From NCBI RefSeq assembly GCF_009914755.1, contig NC_060935.1: a stretch of 64,000 nt of DNA; one strand, given 5' to 3'. Shown here piece by piece: positions 1 through 15,144 of this stretch. Position 1 is the stretch's first letter; each line of letters starts with the position of its first letter. The notes beneath the pieces were generated by a model that had not been told where the DNA came from, ran no database searches, and worked only from the letters and a program-made list of their open reading frames with translations. This stretch comes from the human T2T-CHM13v2.0 reference genome, Homo sapiens. The translations under genes and the position numbers were made by a program.

Positions 1-129
1 AGCATTTTCCTTCCTTTTGCTTTTCCCATCCCTTTCTTTCTGAGATTAGGAAGGAAAAGGAAGGGAAGGAAACCTAATCGGGTGACTCGAGGAACTAGAT
101 CTTATTCAGTCATTCCAGGACCATCAAGG

Positions 130-285
130 CAGGAATTATTATTGCACCGACACATTGCTTATAAGGACAGAACTAAGGCTCAGAGAGATTGAGGAAAGGG
201 CACAAAGCTGCCCAACAGGCCAGTGAAGGAGCTGGGCTTTGGGCTGAAGGCTCAGTCTCTCTGATATCCACGTGGATTCATTCAC
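130..285 (-). mobile_element. MIR SINE fragment
   Basis: Antisense MIR core (attattatt...aactaaggctcagagag...ggagctgggctttg); boundaries approximate. Confidence 0.5.
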
Positions 286-522
286 GGGTACCTCGGTCCC
301 CAGAGCGCGGCCTGCAGAGCTGCCTGTTCTTCCCTCCCGGGCCAGCTGGTGCAGGACACTAGGGGATTTTCCAGGCACACAGGCTAAGCACATGTGACAT
401 TCGTAGTCTTCATTTGAATGCTACCCTCCCTCTGGGACCCATCGTATTCTGGCATTCCAGGCATGGTGCTAAGGTCCAGGGTGTGCTATGGACATAGCTG
501 AGTGCACACACCTGCACTCTGT

Positions 523-1016
523 CTACCTGCATCCCACCTGAGTCCCACCTTTATCATCCTGCCTGAGTCCCACCTGCATCCCACCTGCATCCTACCTGCA
601 TCCCGCCTACATCCTACCTGCATCCTACCTGCATCCCACCTACATCCTACCTGCATCCCACCTATAGCCTACCTGCATCCCACCTATATCCTACCTGCAT
701 CCCACCTATAGCCTACCTGCATCCCACCTATATCCTACCTGCATCCCACCTATATCCTACCTGCATCCCACCTATATCCTACCTGCATCCCACCTACATC
801 CTACCTGCATCCTACCTGAGTCCCACCTGCATCCCACCTGCATCCTATCTGCATCCTACCTGCATCCCACCTACATCCTACCTGCATCCTACCTGCATCC
901 TACCTGAGTCCCACCTGAGTCCCACCTGCATCCCATCTGAGTCCTAACTGAGTCCCACCTGAGTCCCACCTGCATCCCACCTGCATCCTACCTGAGTCCT
1001 ACTTGCATCCTACCTG
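523..1016. repeat. 11-bp minisatellite (CCYACCTGCAT) with 22-bp higher-order units
   Basis: About 45 tandem units cccacctgcat/cctacctgcat/cccacctgagt; central 22-mer cccacctatatcctacctgcat. Confidence 0.95.
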
Positions 1017-2039
1017 TGGCTCTGTGCTGGGCTGTAGGACGCCATCTTGGCATAGCAGTGCATGGCTCTGGGTAGAGCATGAGGGATGCCCACCTCTGGT
1101 TCTCTCCTAGGATGCACACCGACCTCACCAGTCACATGGACCTTGCCAATCACACCAGTCACGCCAACTCCCTACAGACACCTCTGCCTGGCTTGCATCT
1201 CGTAAGAGCTAAATCAAGAGCAAGATCTCAACGGTGCCTAAAGACTGGCAGTGCCCACTCAAGAGAAACCTCTGTGAGTCCCAACCCACACTGTGCAGTC
1301 CTGGGTGACAGTGCCGAGGAGCTGTGGCCCTTGTCTTGTGTGTGGGGCTCTGAGGAGCTGTGGCTTTCATGGTAGCATCGGTGTGATGCCCATCAATGCC
1401 TTGAGATGTTGTCCCCTCCTGTGCCAGGCAAGGTGGTGCCCATTAGGAACCAGATACCCTGTGTCCAGCTCGTGGGAGTGTGGGTGGCTGAGGCCCACAG
1501 GGAGCCTCTGTGCAGTGCCTGGGGTGGCCCTGCAGGGGAGCCCTGCCCAGGTACCACTGGGTCTGGGGGCACAAGCCCCACACCTTTGCCTCAGTGGGGT
1601 TGCTCTGAAGTGCCTGCTCAGTCCTGAGCCCCCATGGGAGCTGTCAGGACCACTTGCAGGTACTGTCTTCCTCCCCAGGAGGGGTTCCCCAGAGCCTGCC
1701 CCATAGCCTCTTCCTCAGAGTCTTTTTCCAGGAAACCCAAGCATAACAGTTCCAATCAAACCTCATTTATGTGGTCAACCTCTCAGCCCTTCCTGTCCCT
1801 TCCACAGCCAGAAAAAGGAGAGGGTGATGGAGAGGCGGGGAGAGTGAGCTGCAGAATGGAGACCCTTCTCACCTGCAGGGGGAATGACAACCTCAGCTCA
1901 CCAGCTGCCCCCTAAGCTCGGACGATGAGAAACATGGGCTAGGCACAGGTACATGGCTGCAGGCCACACTCACGGCCCAGATAGGCAAAAGTGTATAAGG
2001 CAATAAGGGAATTAATTATTTCTTATTAGCTAATGATCA

Positions 2040-2290
2040 TATATTTACCTTTATCTATCATCGATCTATTATCTGTCTATAGCTATTAGCTTTCCAAATC
2101 TCTCTTCTATAATATTATTTCTATTTATTATCTACCCATATTTATTATCTTTATATCTATCATCCATATAATCCATTGTCTATTTATCCATCATCTACCT
2201 GTCTATAACTATTTATTTTATCTATTATCTATGTATTCTCTATCTATATCTATTATCTATCATCTACCAATCCATTATCTATCATCTTGC
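2040..2290. repeat. Degenerate (TATC)n/(TCTA)n simple repeat
   Basis: Many tatc/ctat motifs, low complexity. Confidence 0.8.
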
Positions 2291-2634
2291 TACTATTTAC
2301 ACATAATACATACATACACAACACTTTTGCATTTGTGTAATAGCTCTATTTGTTACAAAAAATAGGACTACACAAAATATAGTATGGGTTTTGGATTTGA
2401 TTACAATTAAGGTCATGAGAACCCACTAAGAATTCTTGGCAAAATCTTTACAAGCATAATATGTCACTTGATGATTTTGGAAACTATATGATTGAGGTGA
2501 TATATGCTGTGGATTTAATATTAGAAATTTAAAGTTGAACACGTGGTGCTGCTGCCTTAAGTGGCAGAGATAAGATTCAAACCCAGGTCTTCTGGCTCCA
2601 AGTGTCATTCTCCTTCCCCCACACAACTGCACTC

Positions 2635-2948
2635 TTTTTTCTTTTTCTTGTTTTTCTTTTTTTGAGACAGTATCTCACTCTGTCACCCAGGCTGGAGTGC
2701 GTGATGCGATCTCGGCTGACTGCAGCCTCTGCCTCCTGGGTTCAAGCAATTCTCCTGCCTCAGCCTCCCAAGTAACTGGGACTACAGGTGTGCACCACCA
2801 TGCCTGGCTAACTTTTTTGTATTTTTTTAGTAGAGAGGGTGTTTTGCTATGTTGGCCAGGCTGGTCTCGAACTCGTGAGCTCAGGCAGTCTGCTCACCTC
2901 AGCCTCCCAAAATGCTGGAATTACAGGCATGAGCCACTGTGCCCGGAC
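2635..2948 (-). mobile_element. Alu (AluS-like)
   Basis: Poly-T then antisense Alu dimer; flanking duplication ctgcactc. Confidence 0.95.
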
Positions 2949-3144
2949 TGCACTCAAAATAGATTTGGATTTAATTAACTGGAAATGCCCAATTTGGTGG
3001 TGTACAGAATCGAGGAGCTGCCTCACCAGGGGCAGCCTCCATCCAGTTACCACTTGATGCAGGTTGTAGGGGCACAAAACTAGCCTTGCCTCAGTGGGGC
3101 AGCTCTGAAGGGTTTCCCGGCCCCCCAGCCACCCCTGGAGGTTG

Positions 3145-3261
3145 TTACCCAAAGTGTTGCCCGAGGACCAGCAGCAAGGGTGGCATCTGTGAGCTCATCT
3201 GAAACGCAAACCTCAGGCCTCACTCCAGACCCACTGAATCAGGATCTGCATCTTAACAAGA
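3145..3261 (+). mobile_element. MER5A/MER5A1 hAT MITE fragment
   Basis: caaagtgt...ggaccagcagca...ccagacccactgaatcaggatctgcatcttaacaag resembles MER5A1. Confidence 0.7.
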
Positions 3262-4217
3262 CATGGTTCAGGCCAAAAATAGTTTCAGATCTACTTTCCA
3301 TTCCTGAAAGAGTGCCCAAAAATAGACAAAGTAAAGTATAATAATAACAACAGTACCAGGGTTTTTTGGCATCATTTTTGAAGAATATTGTTTAGTGCAA
3401 AAAATAAAAATATAAAAGTAAGGCACAAAAAGCAAATTACAAAGTTTGGCTTAATTTAAATGAAAATTATTTGACTCTTACCTACGTGCTCGTCGTTCTG
3501 ACCTGCCATAATCTTTGCTTGGTTGGAATGGTGTCCTTGCAGTAGGAGAGACTGCAGAAGTAAATTATTAGCTTTTTAAGTTCTGTGGAACAAGAAAGGG
3601 AAGCTTAAATATGATGAATACCTGTTGCCATCGTGCCTGAAGTATCGATGAAGTCTAATCTTGCTTTGGGTTTTGACTCAAAGCAACTGGAATATTCAAC
3701 TGCTTTATAAGCTAGTGAAAGTGGGCTGCGTAGATGCGATTACAGGTTAAGGTTGTAAGAACAATCAGGACCTCAGAAGAGATTCCTTTTCCCAGTTACT
3801 CAGAATCTACATAGATGAAGTTTTAAAAAGCCTGTTAAATGTAGATATTCGCTTGGCTGTGGGAGAGGAGGGTAATTGGCTTGCAATTTGTTTTATCATG
3901 ACATTTCCACTCTGGCCTTCCATTCCCCAGAAACTGAACTCAGTGACGCTCTTGGAAGAAGTGACCTCATCATGACAAAATCCAATCCCTTATGCACCAC
4001 CAGCTCAACCATAAACCCAGGAGTCATCCCTAATTCGCTTTTTTCCTTGCCCTTTGTGCCACAAAGCCATTTTGTCTCCACCTCTAAACTTCTCTCCAGC
4101 CCCCTTTTCCCTTCTGATGCACGGGCACCCATTTCTCCCTAGACTGCCTTCTTCAGTGTTCCTAAACAGCAGATACCTAGTTCACAGGCCTGCTTACACA
4201 ATGGTCTCCTAATGTTA

Positions 4218-4572
<355 letters not shown>

Positions 4573-4897
4573 CTATGAGAGAAATTTGATTAGCCACTCT
4601 TTCACAAAGTATGAAGAAGAAACTGTGAGACAAACTAAATAAGAAAATGATGCTATTAAGAAATACTATTGGAATGATTGACCAATTCCTTGTCTGTGTC
4701 AGGTTTTGTGTATAAGGCATGTCTCTCCCTTTAAGGAGTCTGCAATCGTGTTACTGGGGAAATGACTTACTAGAATGCAAGCAAAACAGATTATAATATA
4801 AGATACTCAAAACCGGGTGTCAGTTATGTAAAAAATAACCTATATGTGGTGGTCCATTTTTAATTTTAAGTGTCTTAGTATAGGTTTAAGCAGGCTA

Positions 4898-5439
4898 TGT
4901 GGAAATAAAGAGATAAAGAAGCAGAATGTACTGAGCCACCCCTGCCCCCATCCTGCTTTCTCCTTTCACTTGGCAGCCAGGTGCCTATCGGTCAGGGCCC
5001 CCTTAAATACCCCCTCCCCACCCCACCGAAGAATTTAGTTTAGGCTAGCTTGCAACATAGATAATTTTATCCTTTCTTATCAGCAAAGCACAGCCATCTA
5101 GGGCCATACGTCAAATGTTCGAAGAGTCCTGAGACAGTCACAATGCATTATGGGATGCAATAAAATGCAGCAGAAAGACCCTAATGAACATACTCGAAAA
5201 CTTAATCCAACTACCAATATTCGACGTCCAGGAAGATTGTAACCTCGTAGTACTCAGCCAATGAGGAACTGGGGGAGGGACTTGTGCACTAGGGAGTAAA
5301 TTTCTTGTTGAAGCCCTTCTGGGTGTGCCTCATGCCAGACACCCAATCTTGCAAGACTGCCATTAAAGTCTTGCTGCTTCTGTTCTCTGTGTCCCTGAGT
5401 CCATTCTTTGGGTTTGGATGGATAAGGATGTTTCTTACA
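4898..5439 (+). mobile_element. ERV1-class solo LTR (family uncertain, MER61/MER83/MER84-like)
   Basis: TG...CA ends, CCAAT box, ATTAAA signal, U5 end gagtccattctttgggtttgga...tttcttaca. Confidence 0.65.
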
Positions 5440-7027
5440 AGTTAGAAAGAAATTTCTCAATAAGACTCTGAGAGCTTCCTGCTATAGTGCTGGAATTGAC
5501 ATGAGGGTGATTTTGTTTTTTTATTTTAATTTATCTTAAATTAATTAATTTCTTTCTACAAGGGTGATTTTGAAGTCTCCTCACTGCCGATGGTTTTGTG
5601 GAAACTGCACAGCGAGGAGGGTAGAGATCTTACTCCTGAAGAGCTGGGAGTCCGGGCTTTGAGGCAGATTCTGTGTTTCTTCAGTGTGTATGTCCTGAGG
5701 AATTAGCCACCCATCTGCCACAGGGCCCTGGGGGAGAACGCTACCATGTCTGAAAATGCCAAGGTGGCTGTCCCGTGGAGTTAGCTGTTGTTATCGTCTG
5801 TGCTTCGTGATAGCAGGAAGCTTTTTCCCCACTGTGCCCTGCAGCCTCTCCACCTCCTTCCCTTCTCCATTAGTCATGTGAAGACAGAGGGAGCAGGAGG
5901 GAAGTTGCCCCAGAGTCCAAGGCAAAGTGCATCAAACAGCCCCGGGTAGTCGTGTTCAGTTTAACTCTGCAGTTATTCCTGAAGTCTTAAGAACTGAATC
6001 CTGATACTGCTTTTCCCGTCTTCTTCAGATTCACTCCTGCCCCAGTTCTCTTTGTTGCTGAGAAAATGTCTTCCTCTGCTCTGTAGGATAATATAATACG
6101 TTTCTGAGAAAAGGAGCCGTGTCCTTCAGGAGAGGGGTAAATTACAAACGTTACAAGAGATTCGTACATGTTTCATCTCCCCTTTCTTATGGTCACTCAG
6201 TAAAATGAGATAACAGTCATGAAAGTTCTGTTATGTGCTCTGCCTAAACCACTGGCCAATTCAGCCCCAACCAGCCCAACTTAAGCTATTGAAGTGGGAA
6301 GATTTGGGAGACTGTTTCAATATCCTTATTTGAGTCAGCCTGTTTTTCTGTGGGCCAGAATAGGACATCACAACATGAGATTCAGCTTCTAGACAGGCAG
6401 GACGTGTCCTCCATGGATCCCAGCTCCCACAGCCAGGTCCTGTTCCCACTGTGGCTTGGGAGGACATCCCAGAAGCAGAGCCCACGTAGGCCTCCAGCAC
6501 CCAGCAAACTGCAGGACAAGCTTGGTTGCAGAGTGAGTCAGGCCTTCTTAAACCCCTGCTCTTCCTGACTTGGGCTTCAGGAGACAGGACATGGTTTTGG
6601 AAGAGCCATGAAGAGCCACAGTACTGCTGAGTGGAAACAGCCTTCTTCTCTGGCTTAAGGGGAAACCAAGAAGCTTTTTGCTCTGGCTGGCTGGGAGGGC
6701 AGGGGGTTGCTGATGCCTGGACACTTCACGGAGGGACACACCCTGGGGGCCTCAGCCCCACTGAAGAGCCGCCTCCATAGACCGTGGCTGTAGACTGGGT
6801 CCTGGAGCCACTGGGTCCTGGAGCCACCAGCTCCTGTCCACATGGGGTCTGCAAAGGGAAGCTCCAAGCCCAAGCTGATGGAGAGGCAGAGCCTCAGTCC
6901 ATCTCAGGGTTTCCAGACCTTTGTGATGAAGCAAAGCTTTTCCCAAACATGATTTCACCCCAAACCCCAAAGTGTACAAGCAGATAAGCACAGAAAGCTA
7001 TTGTAAAAGTCAGAAAAGGAGGAGGGC

Positions 7028-7147
7028 TGTGAGAGGGGCTGACGGTCCCCTCCAAATTCTGCCATTGCAGCCTCGACCCTCAGGCCCTCAGAACATGACT
7101 GCATCTGAAGAGGCGATTCAAGGTAGAGGACACTATCAGGGGGCCCT
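7028..7147 (+). mobile_element. MLT1 (MaLR) LTR 5' segment, sense copy
   Basis: tgtgagagggg...cccctccaaattc...tgactgcatct...gggccct resembles the MLT1A/B 5' end. Confidence 0.55.
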
Positions 7148-7977
7148 CTGTGCTTGTCTCTGCCCTAATTTCCTCTTTTTAAAATTATTATTATTATACT
7201 TTAAGTTCTGGGCTACATGTGGAGAATGTGCAAGTTTGTTACATGGGTATACATGCGCCATGGTAGTTTGCTGCACCCATCAACCCATCATCTACATTAG
7301 GTATTTCTCCTAATGCTATCCCTCCCCTAGCCCCCCACCCCCTGACAGGGCCCAGCATGTGATGTTTCCCTCCCTGTGTCCATGTGTTCTCATTGTTCGA
7401 CTCCCACTTATGAGTGAGAACATGTGTTTAGTCTTCTGTTCCTGTGTTAGTTTGCTGAGAGTGATGGTTTCCAGCTTCATCCATGTCCCTGCAAAGGACA
7501 TGAACTCAGCCTTTTTTATGGCTGCATAGTATTCCATGGTGTAGATGTGCCACATTTTCTTTATCCAGTCTATCATTGATGGGTATTTTGGTTGGTCCCA
7601 AGTCTTTGCTATTGTGAATAGTGCTACAATAAACATATGTGTGTATGTGTCTTTATAGTACAGTGATTTATAATTCTTTGGGTATATACCCAGTAATGGG
7701 ATTGCTGGATCAAATGGTGTTTCTGATTCTAGATCCTTGAGGAATAAGCACACTGTCTTCCACAATGGTTAAACTAATTTGCACTCCTACCAACAGTGTA
7801 AAAGCATTCCTCTATCTCCACATCCTCTCCAGCATCTGTCGTTTCCTGACTTTTTAATGATCGCCATTCTAACTGGCGTGAGATGGTACCTCATTGTGGC
7901 TTTGATTTGCACTGCTCTAATGACCTGTGATGATGAGCTTTTTTTTCATGTTTGTTGGCTGCATAAATGTGTTCTTT

Positions 7978-8290
<313 letters not shown>

Positions 8291-11200
8291 ATAAATGTCT
8301 TCTTTTGAGAAATTTCTGCTCATATCCTTCAAACACTTTTCGATGGGGTTGTTTTTTTCTTGTAAATTTGTTTAAATTCCTTGTAGATTCTGGATATTAG
8401 CCCTTTGTCAGATGGAGAGATTACAAAAACTTTCTCCCATTCTGTAGGTTGCCTGCTTACTCTGATGGTAGTTTCTTTTGCTGTGCAGAAGCTCTTTAGT
8501 TTAATTAGATGACATTTCTCAATTTTGGCTTTTGTTGCCATTGCTTTTGGTGTTTTGGTGTTTTAGTCATGAAGCCTTTGCCCGTGCCTATGTCCTGAAT
8601 GGTATTGCCTAGGTTTTCTTCTACGGTTTTTATGGTTTTAGGTCTTACATTTAAGTCTTTAATCCATCTTGAGTTAATTTTGGTATAAGGTGTAAGGAAG
8701 GGATCCAGTTTCAGTTTTCTGCATATGGCTAGCCAGTTTTCCCAACACCATTTATTAAATAGGAAATCCTTTCCCCATTGCTTGTTTTTGTCAGGTTTGT
8801 CAAAGATCAGATGGTTGTAGATGTGTGGTGTTATTTCTGAGGCCTCTGTTCTGTTCCATTGGTCTATATATCAATTTTGGTTCCAGTACCATGCTGTTTT
8901 GGTTACTGTAGCCTTGTAGTATAGTTTGAAGTCAGGTTGCGTGATGCCTCCAGCTTTGTTCTTTTTGCTTAGGATTGTCTTGGCTATACGGGCTCTTTTT
9001 TGATTCCATATTAAATTTAATGGGATTGCTGGGTCAATCCCATTAATTATGGGATTAATTAGATATGAGATTTAATTAGTTTTTTCTAATTCTGTGAAGG
9101 AAGTCAATGGTATGGGGATAGCAGTGAATCTATAAATTACTTTGTGTAGTATGGCCATTTTCAAGATATTGATTCTTCCTATCCATGAGCATGGAATGTT
9201 CTTCCATTTGTTTGTGTCCTCTCTTATTTCCTTGAACAGTGGTTTGTAGTTCTTGAAGAGGTCCTTCACATCCCTTATAAGTTGTATTCCTAGGTATTTT
9301 ATTCTCTTCATAGCAATTGTGAATGGGAGTTCACTGATGATTTGGCTCTCTGTTTTTCTATTATTGGTGTATAGGAATGCTTGTGATTTTTGCACATTGA
9401 TTTTGTATCCTGTGATTTTGCTGAAGTTGCTTATCAGCTTAAGGAGATTTTGGGCTGAGATGATGGGGTTTTCTAAATATACAACCATGTTATCTGCAAA
9501 CAGAGACAATTTGACTTCCTCTCTTTCTATTTGAATACGCTTTATTTCTTTCTCTTGCCTGATTGCCCTGGCCAGAACTTCCAATACTATGTTGAATAGG
9601 AGTGGTGAGAGAGGGCATCCTTGTCTTGTGCCAGTTTTCAAAGGGAATGCTTCCAGCTTTTTCCCATTCAGTGTGATATTGGCTGTGGGTTTGTCATAAA
9701 TAGCTCTCATTATTTTGAGATATTCCATCAATACCTAGTTTATTGAGAATTTTTAGCATGAAGGGGTGTTGAATTTTATCAAAGGCCTTTTCTGCATCTA
9801 TTGAAATAATTATGCATTTTTTTCCATTGGTTCTGTTTATGTGATGGATTATGTTTATTGATTTGCATATGTTGAACCAGCCTTGCATCCCAGGGATGAA
9901 GCCGACTTGATCGTGGTGGATGAACTTTTTGATGTGCTGCTGGATTTGGTTTACCAGTATTTTATTGAGGATTTTTGCATCGATGTTCATCAGGGATATT
10001 GGCCTAAAATTTTCTCTTTTTTTGTTGTGTCTCTGCCAGGCTTTGTTACCAGGATGATGCTGGCCTCATAAAATGAGTTAGGGACAAGTTCCTCTTTTTC
10101 TATTGTTTGGAATGGTTTCAGAGGGAATGGTACCAGCTCCTCTTTGTGCCTCTGGTAGAATTTGGCTGTGAATCCATCTGGTCCTGGGCTTTTGTTGGTT
10201 GGTAGGCTATTAATTACTGCCTCAATTTCAGAACTTGTTATTGGTCTATTCAGGGATTCGACTTCTTCCTGGTTTAGTCTTGGGAGGGTGTTTGTGTCCA
10301 GGAATTCATCCATTTCTTCTAGATTTTCTAGTTTATCTGCATAGAGGTTTTTATAGTATTCTCTGATGGTAGTTTGTATTTCTGTGGGATCAGTGGTGAT
10401 ATCCTCTTTATCATTTTTTATTGTGTCTATTTGATTCTTCTCTCTTTTCCTCTTTATTAGTCTGGCTAGCAGTCTATTTTGTTAATCTTTTCAAAAAACT
10501 GGCTCCTGGATTCATTGATTTTTTGAAAGGTTTTTCGTGTCTCTATCTCCTTCAGTTCTTCTCTGATCTTAGTTATTTCTTGTCTTCTGCTAGCTTTTGA
10601 ATTTGTTTGCTCTTGCTTCTCTAGTTCTTTTAATTGTGATGTTAGGATGTCGATTTTAGATCTTTCCCCCTTTCTGCTGTGGGCATTTGGTGCTATAAAT
10701 TTCCCTCTAAGAACTGCTTTAGCTGTGTCCCAGAGATTCTGGTATGTTGTGTCTTTGTTCTCATTGGTTTCAAATAACTTATTTATTTCTGCCTTAATTT
10801 CGTTATTTACCCAGTAGTCATTCGGGAGCAGGTTGTTCAGTTTCCATGTAATTGTGTGGTTTTGAGTGAGTTTCTTAATCCCAAGTTCTAATTTCATTGC
10901 ACTGTGGTCTGAAAGACTGTTATGATTTCCGTTCTTTTGCATGTGCTGAGGAGTGTTTTACTTCCAATTATGTGGTCAATTTTAGAATAAGTGCAATGTG
11001 GTTCTGAGAAGAATGTATACTCTGTTGATTTGGGGTGGAGAGTTCTGTAGATGTCCATTAGGTCTGCTTGGTCCAGAGCTGAGTTCAAGTCCTGAATATC
11101 CTTGTTAATTTTCTGTCTTGTTGAACTGTCTAATATTGACAGTGGAGTGTTAAAATCTCCCACTACTATTGTGTAGGAGTCCAAGTCTCTTTGTAGGTCT

Positions 11201-13379
11201 CTAAGAACTTGCTTTATGAATCTGGGTGCTCCTGTATTGGGTGCATATATATTTAGTATAGTTAGCTCTTCTTGTTGCATTGATCCATTTACCATTATGT
11301 AATGCCCTTCTTTGTCTTTTTTGATCTTTGTTGGTTTAAAGTCTGTTTTATCAGAGACTAGGATTGCAACCCCTGCTTTTTTTTGCTTTCTATTTGCTTG
11401 GTAAATATTCCTTCATTCCTTTATTTTGAGCCTACGTGTGTCTTTGCATATGAGATCAGTCTCCTGAATACAGCACACTGATGGGTCTTGACTCTGTCCA
11501 ATTTGCCAGGCTGTGTCTTTCAACTGGGGCATTGAGACCATTTACATTTAAGGTTAATATTATTTTGTGTGAATTTCTTCCTATCGTGATGATGCTAGCT
11601 GGTTATTTTGCCCGTTAGTTGATGCAGTTTCTTCATAGTGTTGATGGTCTTTACAATTTGGTATGTTTTTGCAGTGGCTGGTACTAGTTTTTTCTTTCCA
11701 TATTTAGTGCTTCCTTCAGGAGCTCTTGTAAGGCAGGCCTGGTGGTGACAAAATCTCTCAGCATTTGCTTGTCTGTAAAGGATTTTATTTCTCCTTCGCT
11801 TATGAAGCTTAGTTTGGCTGGATATGAAATTCTGGGTTGAAAATTGTTTTCTTTAAGAATGTTGAATATTGGCCCCCACTCTCTTCTGGCTTGTAGGGTT
11901 TCTGCCGAGAGATCTGCTGTTAGTCTGATGGGCTTCCCTTTGTGGGTAACCCAGCCTTTCTCTCTGGCTGCTCTTAACATTTTTCCTTTATTTCAAGCTT
12001 GGTGAATCTGACAATTATGTGTCTTGGAGTTGTTCTTCTCAAGGAGTATCTGTGGTGTTCTCTGTATTTCCTGAATTTGAATGTTGGCCTATCTTGCTAG
12101 GGTGGGGAAGTTCTCCTGGATAATATCCTGAAGTGTGTTTTCCAACTTGGTTCCATTCTTCCCATCAGTTTCAGGTACACTAGTCAAACATAGGTTTGGT
12201 CTTTTCACATAGTCCCATATTTCTTGGAGCTTTGTTCATTCCTTTTCATTCTTTTTTCTCTAATCCTGTCTTCATGCTTTATTTCATTAAGTTGATCTTC
12301 AATCTCTGATATCCTTTCTTCTGCTTGATCTATTCAGCTATTGATACTTGTGTATGCTTCACAAAGTTCTCATGCTGTGTTTTTCAGCTCCATCAGGTCA
12401 TTTATGTTCTTCTCTACACTGGTTATTCTAGTTAGCAATTCTTCTAACCTTTTATCAAGGTTCTTAGCTTCCTTGCATTGGATTAAAACATGCTCCTTTA
12501 GCTTGGAGGAATTTGTTATTACCCATCTTCTGAAGCCTACTTCTGTCAATTCGTCAAACTCATTCTCTGTCCAGTTTTGTTCCCTTGCTGGTGAGGAGTT
12601 GTGATCCTTTGGAGAAGAAGCATTCTGGTTTTTGGACTTTTCAGCATTTTCGCACTGGTTTTTTTCTCATCTTCATGGATTTATCTACCTTTGGTCTTTA
12701 ATGTTGGTAACATTTGGATGGGGTTTTTGTGTGCACATCGTTTTTGCTGGTGTTGATGCTATTCCTTTCTGTTTGTTAGTTTTCCTTCTAACAGTCAGGC
12801 CCCTCTGCTGCAAGTCTGCTGGAGTTTGCTGGGGGTCCACTCCAGACTCTGTTTGCCTGGGTATCACCAGTGGAGGCTGCAGAACAGCAAAGATTGCTGC
12901 CTGCTCCTTCCTCTGGAAGCTTCATCCCAGAGGGGAACCCACCAGACGCCAGCTGGAGCTCTCCTTTATGAGGTGTCTGTTGACACCTGCTGGAAGGTGT
13001 CTTCCAGTCAGGAGGCACAGGGGTCAGGGACCCACTGGAGGAGGCAGTCTGTCTGTTAGCAGAGCTCGAGCACTGTGCTGGGAGATCCGCTGCTCTCTTC
13101 AGAGCCGGCAGGCAGGAACATTTAAGTCTGCTGAGGCTGTGCCCACAGCTGCCCCTTCCCCCAGGTGCTCTGTCCCAAGGAGATGGGAGTTTTATCTATA
13201 AGCCCCTGACTAGGGCTGCTGCCTTTTTTTTCAGAAATGCCCTGCCCAGAGAGGAGGAATCTAGAGAGACAGTCTGGCTACAGAGGCTTTGCTGAGCTGC
13301 AGTGGGCTCCACCCAGTTTGAAATTCCCCTGGGCTTTGTTTACACTGTGAGGGGAAAACTACCTACTCAAGCCTCAGTA

Positions 13380-13605
13380 ATGGTGGGTGCCCCTCCCCCA
13401 ACCAAACTTGAGCATCCCAGGTCGACTTCAGACTTCAGACTGCTGTGCTGGCTGTGAGAATTTCAAGCCAGTGGATCTTAGCTCGCTGGGCTCCATGGTG
13501 GTGGGATCCACTGAGCTAGACCACTTGGGTCCCTGGCTTCAGCCCCCTTTCCAGGGGAGTGAATGGTTCTGTCTTGCTGGTGTTCCAGGCACCACTGGGG
13601 TATGA
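13380..13605 (+). pseudogene. L1 antisense ORF0 homologue, frameshifted
   Basis: ATG at 13380 gives MVGAPPP...; downstream frame SDCCAG resembles ORF0 MAGAPPP...SDCCAS; 7-bp duplication gacttca at 13424-13437. Confidence 0.7.
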
Positions 13606-14142
13606 AAAAAAAAAAAACTCCTGCAGCTAGCTCAGTGTCTGCCCAAAGCAGCTAGCTCAGTGTCTGCCCAAACGGCCGCCCAGTTTTGTGCTTGAAACCC
13701 AGGGCCCTGGTGGTGTAGGCATGCGAAGGAATCTCCTGGCCTGTGGGTTGTGAAGACTGTGGGGAAAGTGTAGTATCTGGGCCAGAATGCACCATTCCTC
13801 ACAACACAGTCCCTCATGGCTTCCCTTGGCTAAGGGAGGGAGTTCCCCAATCCCCTTGCACTTCCTGGGTGAGGCAACGCCCCACCCTGCTTTGGCATAC
13901 CCTCTGTGGGCTGCACCCACTGTCTAACTAGTCCCAGTGCGAGGAGCCGGGTACCTAAATTGGAAATGCAGAAATGACACACCATCTGCATAGATCTCAC
14001 TGGGAGCTGCAGACCAGAGCTGTTCCTATTTGGCCATCTTGCCCAGGTCCCCTAATTCTTCTTAAGAAGAACTTCAGGCAGATTAGATTAGGGCCCACCC
14101 TGATGGCCTCCTCTACCCTTAATTACCCTTTAGATGCAGTCA

Positions 14143-15144
<1,002 letters not shown>

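Noticed and set aside
502-711. His/Pro-rich ORF
   Set aside because: Translation of the 11-bp minisatellite
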